64,000 nucleotides of DNA from Octopus vulgaris. Taxonomy: Eukaryota. Positions 52,215 through 64,000 of the stretch are shown piece after piece. Position numbers and translations under genes: made by a program. Numbering within the stretch: the stretch's first letter is position 1; every line of letters starts with the position of its first letter. A model generated the notes under the pieces. The model had not been told where the DNA came from. It ran no database searches and worked only from the letters and a program-made list of their open reading frames with translations. Where the stretch lies: the NCBI GenBank assembly GCA_951406725.2, contig OX597823.1:63736001-63800000 (forward strand), given 5' to 3'.

Positions 52215-52448
52215 AGGTGGCGAGCTGGCAGAAACGTTAGCTCACTGGGCAAAATGTGTAGCCATATTTCATCTGCCGTTACATTCTGAGTTCAAATTCT
52301 GCCGAGGTCAACTTTGCCTTTCATCCTTTTGGGGTCAATAAATTAAGTACCAGTTATACACTGGGGTCGATATAATCAACTTAATCCCTTTGTCTGTCCT
52401 TGTTTGTCCTCTCTGTGTTTAGACCCTTGTGGGTAGTAAAGAAATAGG
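52215..52448 (+). mobile_element. SINE with Meta/MESC-like central domain
   Basis: GGCGAGCTGGCAGAAACGTTAG...GAGTTCAAATTC...GCCTTTCATCCTTTTGGGGTCAATAAATTAAGTACC. Tandem or partially duplicated reverse copies at 12830-13257, 53605-54020 and 56950-57338. Domain name recalled, not searched. Confidence 0.7.
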
Positions 52449-55400
52449 ACATTTGTATTGTTTCTTATATACTAATTGCATCCATTAGTACCGGTGTTTC
52501 TCAATCAGAATCCACATGGCCCAGGGGATAGGGGTCCACATAAAATTTTGCTGTTAAAATTTATGTGCAATAAATTGATTATACCTCTACAATGCTTACC
52601 TTGGATCGTAGGGCGACCTGCTCTGCTTGAGGAGACCTATTGAGTCAAGTACATCAACATCAAAATCAAAATCAAATGGAAACTGTAGTTGTGATACCCA
52701 TGCCAGTGGCATGTAAAAAGCACCCATTACACTCACAGAGTGGTTGGCGTTAGGAAGGGCACCCAGCTGTAGAAACACTGCCAGATCAGACTGGAGCCTG
52801 GTGCAGCCTCCTGGCTTCCCAGACCCCGGTTGAACCATCCAACCTATGCTAGCATGGAAAACAGACGTTAAATGATGATGATGATGATGAATGCATGAAA
52901 TATTTTAACTAATTTTTTTTTATATTTCTAATAATATTTAAGTATAAAAATATAATCTTTTCTTTAATCCTTTACTTGTTTCAGTCTTTAGACAGATACC
53001 ATTCTTTGGCACCACCTTGAAGAATTTTTAGTTAAATATATCAACCCCAGTACTTCTTCTTCATCATCATCATCATCCTTTAATATCTGTTGTCCATGCT
53101 GGCATGAGTTGGATGGTGTGACCAGAGCTGGCAAGCTGGGGAGCTGCAGCAGACTCCAATCTGATTTGGCACGGGTTTTATGACTGGATGCCCTTCCTAA
53201 CGCCAACCACTTTACAGAGTGTGCTGGGTGTTTTTTTACATGACACCGCATGGCACTACATGGATGCTTTTACATGTTACCATATGAGTGCTTTTATGTG
53301 GCACTGCCAAGAGTGCTTTACACCCTCAGAAGGATCAGTCTTAATACTTTTGCTGCAGAGTAAGGGTCTTCTTATATTTTTAAAACCTCATACTTATTCT
53401 GTTGGTTACTTTTGCTGAATTGCTAAGTTACAAGGATGTAAACAAACCAGCACCAAATGTCAAGCAGTGTGAAGAGACATATACAGACACAAAGCACATA
53501 CACACACACACACATATATTATGCACACACACACATATATTATGCACACACACATATATATTATACACACACACACACATATTATTGACAAGCTTCTTTC
53601 AGTTTCTTATTTCTTTACTGCCACCAGGGGCTACACACAGAGGGGACAAACAAGGACAGACAAATGAATTAAGTTGATTATTTCGATCCCAGTGTGTAAC
53701 TGGTACTTATTTAATTGACCCTGAAAGGATGAAAGGCAAAGTTGACCTCAGCAGAATTTGAACTCAGAACGTAGCAGCAGATGAAATACCTATTTCTTTA
53801 CTACCCACAAGGGGCAAAGCACAGAGAAGACAAACAAGGACACACAAACGGATTAAGTCGATTACATCAACCCCAGTGCATAACTGGTACTTAATTTATC
53901 GACCCTGAAAGGATGAAAGGCAAAGTTGACCTCAGTGGAATTTGAACTCAGAACATAGTGGCAGACGAAATACGGGTACGCATTTCACCCGGCATGCTAA
54001 AGTTTCTGCTAGCTCGCCACTGAAACTTTCAGTTTCTGTCAACCAAATCTCCTCACAAATCTTTGGTTGTCATGAGGCTACGGTAGAAGATACTTGCCCA
54101 AGGTGCCACACAGAGCCACATGGTTGGGTAGCAAGCTTCTTACCACACAGCCTCCAAATGTTTGTTAGGGTCCAGTGAAGTGAAATAAGAGTCAAATGAG
54201 CCAATAGGCAAAAAAAATGTTTGAGAACCATTGACTTAGACAAAAACAGCCAAAGGATTTTTAAAAATTTTAACTGTTAACATCATATTTCATACATCAG
54301 CAGTCACATGTTGATTTGTTGGTGGCAGTCTCCTTCTGAAGTTTCTCACTTTGCTTGTCCCTCTCTCTCTCACTCTCCTTTCATATTCTGTTTTTCTCTT
54401 TCCTGCCCTCTTTCTTCACATAAACTCCATGGCCTAGATACGTCTTCCACCTCTGACTATTTTATTAGTCACTCCAGCTTTCACTCTATGTCAGACTTAC
54501 CATGTAAAAATGTCTTAAATTTGGTAACATATTTTTTTCTTTCCCTTGCCATTGTTAATTCTTTTGTTCTCTTTGATAAAGGATATCACTTGAATTGCTA
54601 GATGCTTTTCTGTTTCTTTCTTAGGAATATTTATTATCTTCCTTGTACAATTCTTTATTTTTTTTTTATTGATAATTCTATACTTTTACTTATTTGACTC
54701 CGTGTATTATTGGTTTGTCGCCTATTTACCTCGTAATCTTGTCTTATTTGTTTGATTTTTATTGCTGTGTGTGTGTATGTATATGTGTATGTATATGTGT
54801 GTGTGTGTGTATATCAAATAAAACAGTGGTATAAAAATATAGATTCAGAGAATCATATAGCAATTATTGGTTACAAAACAGCCATAGTCATATGGAAGTC
54901 ATATTGATAAATAAATCTATCTTCATCATTCACACAACCTTTGATGCCAATAAATTATCATTGTTCCTGTATGTGGTTTTTTTTATATCTACCATGGACT
55001 GCTCAAAACTTACAAACACCCAACACTTAGATCCTTGGATTTTCATCATCATCATCATCATCATCATTTAACGTCTGTTTTCCATGCTAGCATGGGTTGG
55101 ACGATTTTGACTGAGGTCTGGCAACCAGATGGCTGCACCAGGCTCCAGTCTTGATCTGGCAGAGTTTCTACAGCTGGATGCCCTTACTAATGCCAACCAC
55201 TCCAAGAGTGTAGTGGGTGCTTTTTACGTGCCACCTGCATGGGGGGCCAGTTAGGCGGTACTGGCAATGACCTCGCTCGAATCTTTTTACTCATGCCACC
55301 GGCACAGGTGCCAGTAAAGCGACGTTGGTATCGATCACACTTGAATGGTGCCCTTTTACGTTCCATGGATATGGAAGCCAGTTGGCTGCTCTGGCAACTA

Positions 55401-55702
55401 TCACGCTCAGATGGTGTTCTTGACACTCTACTAGCACAGACATAAGTGCCAGTAAGGCGATGCCGGTAACGATCATACTCGAATAGCCGCTCTGTCAACG
55501 ATCACACTCGTATGGTGCTCTTTGCACCCCGCTAGCACGGATGCCAGTCATCGAAATATATATACATACATATATATTTATATATATATATATAGATAGA
55601 TAGATAGATAGTTGGAATTTACAAAATGCAAGCCAAAAGATGAAGATGGGTGTGTAAACAACAAACAGATGTATTAGTTTAATGCTTGGGAAATGAGAAA
55701 GT

Positions 55703-55738
55703 CTTTTACGTTTCGAGCCTACACTCTTCAACAGAAAG
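55703..55738 (-). ncRNA. Hammerhead-like motif with variant core (CTGTTGA)
   Basis: Minus strand: CTTT-CTGTTGA-A-GAGT(GTAG)GCTC-GAAA-CG-TA^AAAG. Confidence 0.55.
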
Positions 55739-58700
55739 GAACACAGAAATAAGCAGATAGAGAAAATAAAATAAAATATAGATACATACACACACACACA
55801 CTTATAATTATACACACATAAGCATCCATTAATTTTGAGTCCTTTTTGTTAGGACTGTTGTACTTTTGTGAATTTTTGTGTACTTATCATGTCTCATCCT
55901 TTTGTAGTGTCATCACAACACCATTTCTTGGAGTAATCTTGCTGATAATATGTTGAAATTGTTTCAATCTTTGGTCAAGAGTTTACGAGGGGAGTGTGGT
56001 AATCATGTTTGTGGCTTTTCTTGTCCATTGTGAATTACCTGTTACCTGTGCTTACTTTTTCTTCTGTTTAATCATAACACCACAGTGATAGTTTGTTCAC
56101 ACATTTTTATTTCTCAGAAGCCATCATTTCTGCTCCTTTCATCTTCTTTTCCTCATTTCCTTTCTTATTTTTTCCTTCATTCTCTCTGACTTTTGTTCTC
56201 TCTCTCTCCTGTCCTCTGTTTCTAGCCTTCCTCATGATGTTCTGATTTCCTATAATTCATATTTTACTGCCTATGCATGCTTCTTTCTTTTTCTTCTTGG
56301 CTTTACTAACTACCTTTTCATCCTCTGCTTTTTCTCTTTTTTATGTCTTTGTTCAATTGCTAACATCCAGCAATCTTTGTTGACATTCTTGTCCAAAAAT
56401 TTTCACCGTTTTAGTAATCTTTGTCACTTTGTTCTGTATTCTAGTTATCTTAGCCACACAGACTAAATATTTTGCATGCCTTTCATAACATTTACACTTT
56501 TTAAATATGTTACATCTAATTTTGTTTTGCTCATTTTTACATGGTTGTTGTTGTCCTGTCTTGGTGTCCAACCCTGAAGCATTTGTTATAAATCTACTGG
56601 CACTCTGAAGAGAACAATCATGTTGATAATGTACTCAAACTGCCATGACCTTCAGTTAAAAGCTGAGTTGAACAGTGTAATATTCTTTTATTCTTTTACT
56701 TGTTTCAGTAATTTGACTGCAGCCATTCTGGAGTACTGCCTTAAAGGGTTTTTACTTGAAGAAATCGACCTCAGGACTTACTCTTTGTAAGCCTAATACT
56801 TATTCTATCAATCTCTTTAGCCAAACCGCCATGTTATGGGGATATAAACCCACTAACATTAGTTGTTAAGCGATGGTAGGGGTAACAAATGAACATAGAC
56901 ACACACACATAAATATATACATGTATATGACAGGCTTCTTTCAGTTTCCTATTTCCTTACTGCCCGCAAGGGCTACACACAGAAGGGACAAACAAAGGGA
57001 TTAAGTTGATTACATCAACCCCAGTGCATAACTGGTACTTAATTTATCGACCCTGAAAGGATGAAAGGCAAACTCGACCTCGGCGGAATTTGAACTCAGA
57101 ATGTAACGGCAGACGAAATACCTATTTCTTTATTACCCACAAGGGGCTAAACAAGGACAGACATAGGCATTAAGTCGATTACATCGACCCCAGTGTGTAA
57201 CTGGTACTTAATTTATCAACCTTGAAAGGATGAAAGGCAAAGTCGACCTCGGTGGAATTTGAACTCAGAACGTAATGGCAGACGAAATACCACTAAGCAT
57301 TTTGCCTGGTGTGCTAACGTTTCTGCCAGCTCGCCACCTTTTCAGTTTCTGTCTACCAAGTCTACTCACAAGGCTTTGGTCAGCCTGAGGCTATTGTAGA
57401 AGACTTGCCCAAGATACCACGCAGTGGGATTGAGCCTGGAACCATGTGGTTGGGAAGCAAATCCCTGTATGTGTGTTTCTTTGTCCTGCGCATTTTATTT
57501 ATCTTGTTATCAGTGTTTAATCCTTCTTCTTTACTTGTTTTACATTATGTTTAACATTACTTTTCTGGTTGTGGAAGTACTAAAGAACTGTGTGGTATGG
57601 GGGTGGGGGATGTATCTCACCTACATTGTGGGTCCTCTCATGAAGTTGATTCTTTTCAAATGGAGTATATCTGTGAGAGCCTTACTTGCCTAACCTCTGG
57701 CCTAAACCCAATGGCAAATTCCCTGAACAGCAAAAAAGCCCACAGTAGTTGTCCTTCAGCTCAAGTGACCTTCCTTGTTCCTGTCTTTCTGGCAAGACCC
57801 CTTGGCCAGTCACATGATGTCAATGACCATATACTTCATGCAAAGCCCACTTCCCCACAATCTGGATTTGTAATGTTCATTCATCTGATCAGTAGCATTT
57901 ATCACTGGAATGAGCAAAATAATTGTAACTGGGAATTAAAACAGTTGCAATCAAATTACTTTGCAAAATTGTTACATTCCTAAGAAATAGCTCTGTGCCA
58001 TGAATATAGTAAATAAAATAAAATAAAAATACCAGACTTTAAAAAAAACAAAACAATTATTAATATTATCTTCAGTAAATGAAGAAAATTTAAAAACTCT
58101 TTAATGAGTCAAGTGAATGTTAATCTACACATACATTTTTTTTTTTTTTTTTTTTTTGCTGTTTTTGTTTAGTTCTCTGATGCATAAAATTGTCTATTAA
58201 GTATTTCTGCTGTTAAATTATTGATTATTGATAACCTCAATGTTATGGTCATCTTAGTTTGTCATTTAGAGAATTAATAATTAATAATTAATCAATATAT
58301 TTTAATTTTTTTTCTTATTTTATTTTCTTATGCCATTTTTTTTTCAATTCTATAGGACTAATTTAAATTTCTCCATTAAAAGTTTGAATAAATTATGTTA
58401 GGAAGAAAAGAAAAACAGAAATCATAAAACAAATGAATTTTAGTGTTGTACAACAAAAACAAGAAACAAAACCAAGTCATCTTGAAAGAAAGTAGGTCTG
58501 TATTTGAATTCATGTTATATTTATTGTAAATATTATAAATAAATTGGTAAAACATCAGTGACAACAACAACAACAATTCTGTCATCAATGATACCAATAT
58601 CACTGCCATCACTAAATTATTTGAACTTCTTGGACAGCTTACTAACACTATGCGCAAACACATGCACACATGTGTATGAAGTCATGATGGAACTTCAAGA

Positions 58701-59688
58701 CATTCTATCTGCCAGAAGTAGCAGCCAAATCACCAACAGATCACATGCCACATCTTTAAAAAGAAAAGTAGGATCCATTAGAAAATATAGTCCAAGAAAC
58801 ATCACCATAATCCTCATCATTTTGCATCTGCATTCCATTCTGTCAGGGGTTGGATGGTTTGACAGGCTTTGATGAACCAGAGACCCACATTGTGCTCCAG
58901 TATCTCAATTTTAGCATGGTTTCTATGATTTTTAACACTGACCACTTTACAGAATGTGGTGTGTACATTTTGTGTGGCACCAGCACTTGTGGAGTTGCCC
59001 TGTAACTTGAAAGACTAAAAAGGAATAGAACTTTTATAAATGAAGATCATGGCTGAAATGCCTGTAATCATAAAATTTATTCACTTAGGGCTGACCAGGG
59101 GCTAAAATATAACAGCAACAAAATTTACAGTAGTATGTTGGAATATCAAGAGGCAGGCTAACAATATTTTAGTATTTCAACTAAAATCAGCAAGTGCATA
59201 GAGTAGCAAGAGATAACAAAATGAAAATGGATATGAAAAATTATTAGATTCTTTGGAGTGAACAAAGAACAGAATGGCATTGAAGTTTTTCAACTAAAAT
59301 AATGAATCAAATGAGAGATGGTTGTGCATAGAACGAATGCTGCTGGGAAGGGAAAATAGTTGATTCTTTGAACATTGTCTTTGAATGGTAAAATAGCAGA
59401 GTGATAGAAAAGTGAAGTGAAATGCTGGTGTGACTGTGCAGTTGCAAAGTTCACTTTGCAACAATGTAATTTTGGGTCCAGTTATACTCAATGGCATTAT
59501 GTGCGTATGAATATGTGCACAAGTGTGTGTGTGTGTGTAAATGTTTATATTTGGCACTAAGTTGAACTACACACAGTGATGTTTGCAGGCATTTCCTTAT
59601 CAACAAATCATCTGGAATAAAGATTTTTGCCAACATAACATGGCAGTCCTGGTTTAGGATGAATGTTGCTGTAATTTAGCCTCAGGAG

Positions 59689-59916
59689 ACATCGTCTCCA
59701 GCTGGCTATACGACATGATCTGTGTCCTTATATTTTCAAACAAAGGAATCTAGCACCCCCACTCAGCTCAAAACAATACCCGTGTATCGTGATTTCCAGG
59801 TTACACAGATATTGTCTTGTGATATACAGATGTTGTCTTGAGCTGAGTGGGGGAGCTAGATTCCCTTGTTCGAAAATATAAGGACACAGATCGTGTTGTA
59901 TAGCCAGCAGAGACAC
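59689..59916. mobile_element. Fold-back MITE with ~100 bp inverted arms
   Basis: GCTGGCTATACGACATGATCTGTGTCCTTATATTTTC... pairs with ...GAAAATATAAGGACACAGATCGTGTTGTATAGCCAGC. Confidence 0.8.
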
Positions 59917-60432
59917 TTCCAGGAAAAGGAAAAAGGAAGGGAAAAAAGGAAGAAGGAAGAAAGGGGGGAAAAAAAAGCAGTTGAAAAATCGATTGTAGCA
60001 GTGACTCAATCAATCACTAGGGATATCTGAAGAAGGATATATTATATCAGACTAGGAATGATTAAATTACACTACTTATTATAGTCCATTGTTGTTATTA
60101 TAGTGCATTGTTGTGCCATTCAAAACAGATTATTAATATATATTTTTATATATATATCTACTTTTATTCTTTTATATATTTCAGCCCTAAGGCTGTGGCC
60201 ATACAGGACACCTATCATCAACATTTAATGTCCATTTTCCATGCTAGCATAGCTTGGACAGTTTGGCAGGAAGTTGCACGCCAAAGAGGTGCATCAGGCA
60301 GACTCAAGTTGTCTCTTTTGACACGGATTCTTTGGCTGGATGCCCTTCCTAATGTCAACCACTTTATAGAGTGTACTTGGTGCTTTTTACATGGCACACC
60401 AACATAAGTGTTTTTTAATTTGCTCATTATGT

Positions 60433-60474
<42 letters not shown>

Positions 60475-61442
60475 TGCACATAGGGCCAGCTCAAGGTACT
60501 GGAAGCTTGGGCAATCAACTAAGGTGCCATGTGCTAGGGGGTACCAAGGAGGGCATGACAAAGACAAGGAAATTTCCACAATCATCAGCTTATGCACTCC
60601 GAAGTTCAGCTTACCTGGGGTATCAGCACCCTTAGGGCTGACCCTGTACACACACAAAAGGCTTCCATCAACCAAATTTACTCTCAAGGGTTTGATCAGG
60701 CTGGGGTTAAAGCAGAAAACATTCAAGGTGCTGTGCTGTAGGAATAAAGCAAAAACCATGTGGTTGCAAAGTGAACTTGTTAACTATACACCCAGGATTA
60801 CACTGAAATACATATGTGTGTGTGTGTGTGTGGGGGGGGGTAGGTCAGTCATGTCTGGAATGCTTTAAAGCATAAGGTGTTCTTGATCATGACTGAAATG
60901 GAGCAAAGCAACAACAAAAAAGACAAAAAAAAAACCTCAAGAAGACTAACAACAACACAGAAAAAAAACATACACTAAGAAAATCAATAACAAACGACAA
61001 AGTATGTTAAATGAGCTGACAGGTAGATTTTTTTATTTGTTATTTATTTTCATAATATTTTTTAAAATTATTTTTTAATTTTTTTTTTTTCATTGTATTT
61101 CTTTTGGAAGCATCTATTTTTTTTGTTATGAAATCTGATCTAGAAAGATACAAATTTTCATTTTCCTATATTATTATTATTATCATCAAATGATAAATCA
61201 CTTTAATCCCTCCCTGTAGAGTCTCCACAAGAAAAGTAGAGAAAAAAAAATGTAAAAAAAAAACAAACTTGAAAAGCACCGCATAACAAACTCTCAAAGA
61301 ATGACTTTGAAATGATATTTTTAGAATCATTTTCAAAAATATATTCTTTACCATCAAAACCGTTTCTTTATATATGTATATGTGTGTGTATGAATATATC
61401 TGCATATGTGTATATACATATATATATTTGTAAATGTATATG

Positions 61443-61487
<45 letters not shown>

Positions 61488-61694
61488 GTGAGTGTATATA
61501 TGTATATACACGTGCTAGCATGGAAAGCGGACATTAAACAATGATGATGATGATGATGATGACATACACGTATCTAATATCTATCTAGCTAACTAAATGT
61601 ATGCATATATACACACACACACACATATATATATATCTGTATACTTACATAAATGTGTGTATGTGTATACATATAAATACATATATATACATGC

Positions 61695-61796
<102 letters not shown>

Positions 61797-62091
61797 CACT
61801 AACATATATGTTTGTGTGTGTGTGTATAAACACACTCACAGATATGTTTAATTTTTGTGTATAGCATTTGTATTCTCTGGCCTTATTCACTGAGTCTTAA
61901 CGTTAGTCTAACCGATGCATATCAATATTTTAGGAGCAAGTGAGTACATCAATCACAGAAAAAATATTGTACCAACAATAGCTGTGGTGGTGGTCATGAT
62001 GATGAGGTTTGGGGGGTCAGTAAGAACTCACTAGCTTAGCGCTGGTAAGTTCATATTCCATCAACAGTGCTTTGCATTGTGTCTACAGATA

Positions 62092-62123
<32 letters not shown>

Positions 62124-62124
62124 G

Positions 62125-62180
<56 letters not shown>

Positions 62181-63164
62181 GAAAGAGAGGTGGGGGAATC
62201 AGTAAAGTGAATTGGTTTCGATGTGGGAATTAATATTGGCTTATGGATAGACATTGTTGTTGCTGTCTCTTAGCCCCAAGTCAGGTCTGGTCCAATCAAA
62301 CTGTGGTATTTATATCAGACAGGACTAAACTACTGTTTCCTCACACATGGTGTATGTAAGTGTGTGTGTATATGATATATATATATATATACACACACAC
62401 ACACGAACATACATATCTCTACAATCATATATATACATATACATACATATACATACATACACATATATATAACAACAACCAATCATATCTTTATTTTAGA
62501 TCACACCTTAAAAATCCAGCAATTGTTTCGATAGCATTAACATATACATACATATATATATACCTACAAATATACATATTCATACATACATATGCATACA
62601 TACATATACATACTTATGCATGCATACATACATACAATTACATACTTATGCATACATACATAAAATTAATTGTTATTAATTTTATAGAGACTTAGTAATT
62701 TTAATATTTCTATCATACATACATACTTATGCATACATACATACATACTTATGCATACATATACATACTTATGTATACATAGTTTTATACATACATACAT
62801 ACATTCCAATGAAGAAGCCTTGGATCTAGGTTAGAAACCAACTCTTTCTCTACTGGCAAGTAATCTTGAAATAGGATTGAAAAATGACATATATACATAC
62901 ATACATACATACAAACATACATATATACACAGGGTTGACCAAAAGTCAAATGACAGTAAATCAAAATTCCATAAATACTTAATATTACATAGAAAAATGC
63001 GAGCAAGAGAAATAATATTCTTAAGATAATAAACCTGGAAAATTACAGGACAAGTTATTTGTAAATTTTCTTTGTGCACAGGTGTCCAAATAATCACTAC
63101 ATGGTAAGCATCTAAGTAAGGGATGTTTTATTTGATGTCTGTGCACATTTACCTAGTTGGTTAG

Positions 63165-63668
63165 TTTCATTTTTGTTTCCCCAATATAACGTTTGTTGCA
63201 TCATGGGCATGTGATACAATATATCAGGTTTTTGGTTTTACAGTTCATATTTGCATTCACTTTTAATCCTTTTCCATTCTTGACTGGTCCCCGTTCTATT
63301 AAATCCCATGTCCTGTATTGGGGGTCACCACATTTGGTAACTTGCATTATTTCTTCCTCAGATGCATATCTTGCTTTGGTTAGAAGTGTGCTTCATGCTG
63401 GTCCTGCTACAATTGGTCTTAATTTAAGATCAGACGGTCTGGGAACCTTAATATAGGGAGTCTGAATGTCCTTCAAACAGTCCTTGATTTCTTTAGATTT
63501 GTGGATTTTTGGAAGACCATAGAAGGTACTGGTTTTTACTTCAAACTTAGTAAGGTAATCTAACTCATTTTTTGTAAGTTCATTTTTATATGTGTTTGTA
63601 AGTTTACTAATCTTATTTAATGTATATCTATCTAGATTATTTTCTAATTTTTTGTAGAAATTTTTTGT
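63165..63668 (-). mobile_element. Penelope-like element reverse transcriptase fragment
   Basis: ELTKNELDYLTKFEVKTSTFYGLPKIHKSK...LKLRPIVAGPA. YGLPKIHK and RPIV are PLE RT hallmarks. In-frame stop at ~63393; truncated by a SINE at 63671. Confidence 0.85.
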
Positions 63669-63843
63669 TAGGCATAGGAGTGGCTGTGTGGTAAGTAGCT
63701 TACTTATAAACCACATGGTTCCAAGTTCAGTCCCACTGCATGGCACCTTGGGCAAGTGTCTTCTACTATAGCCTCGGGCCGACCAAAGGCTTGTTAGTGG
63801 ATTTGGTAGACGGAAACTGAAAGAAGCCTGTCGTATATATGTA

Positions 63844-63918
<75 letters not shown>

Positions 63919-64000
63919 ATATGTTTGTGTCTGTGTTTGTCCTCCCAACATCGCCTGACAACTGATGCTGGTGTGTTTATGTCCCCGTAACTTAGCAGTT

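Overview
Eukaryotic, AT-rich DNA saturated with microsatellites and SINEs. The repeat content points to an octopus genome (inference from recalled SINE families). The one recognisable host gene is IFT88 (intraflagellar transport 88) on the minus strand. Six coding exons are readable: 22166-22276, 10843-10911, 8476-8659, 7505-7583, 3481-3587 and 1212-1278. The gene runs off the left edge, and its central TPR-coding exons are absent, most likely hidden in the 100-N gap at 5545-5644. Two RFX X-box motifs lie upstream at about 28-29 kb. The rest is transposon-derived: a near full-length mariner, Tc1 derivatives, a non-autonomous Helitron, fold-back MITEs, RLE-type and CR1-like LINE fragments, Penelope-like (PLE) RT remnants and several tRNA-derived SINE families. 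Two things stand out. First, there are about ten minimal type I hammerhead ribozyme motifs from several sequence families, four with intact catalytic cores and one back-to-back inverted pair. Second, a ~4.4 kb strand-skewed element (32.4-36.85 kb) combines a fold-back, a ~1.07 kb tandem duplication and a terminal hammerhead. Its paralogous modules differ by strongly directional C/T changes, suggestive of deaminase hypermutation fixed in the DNA.
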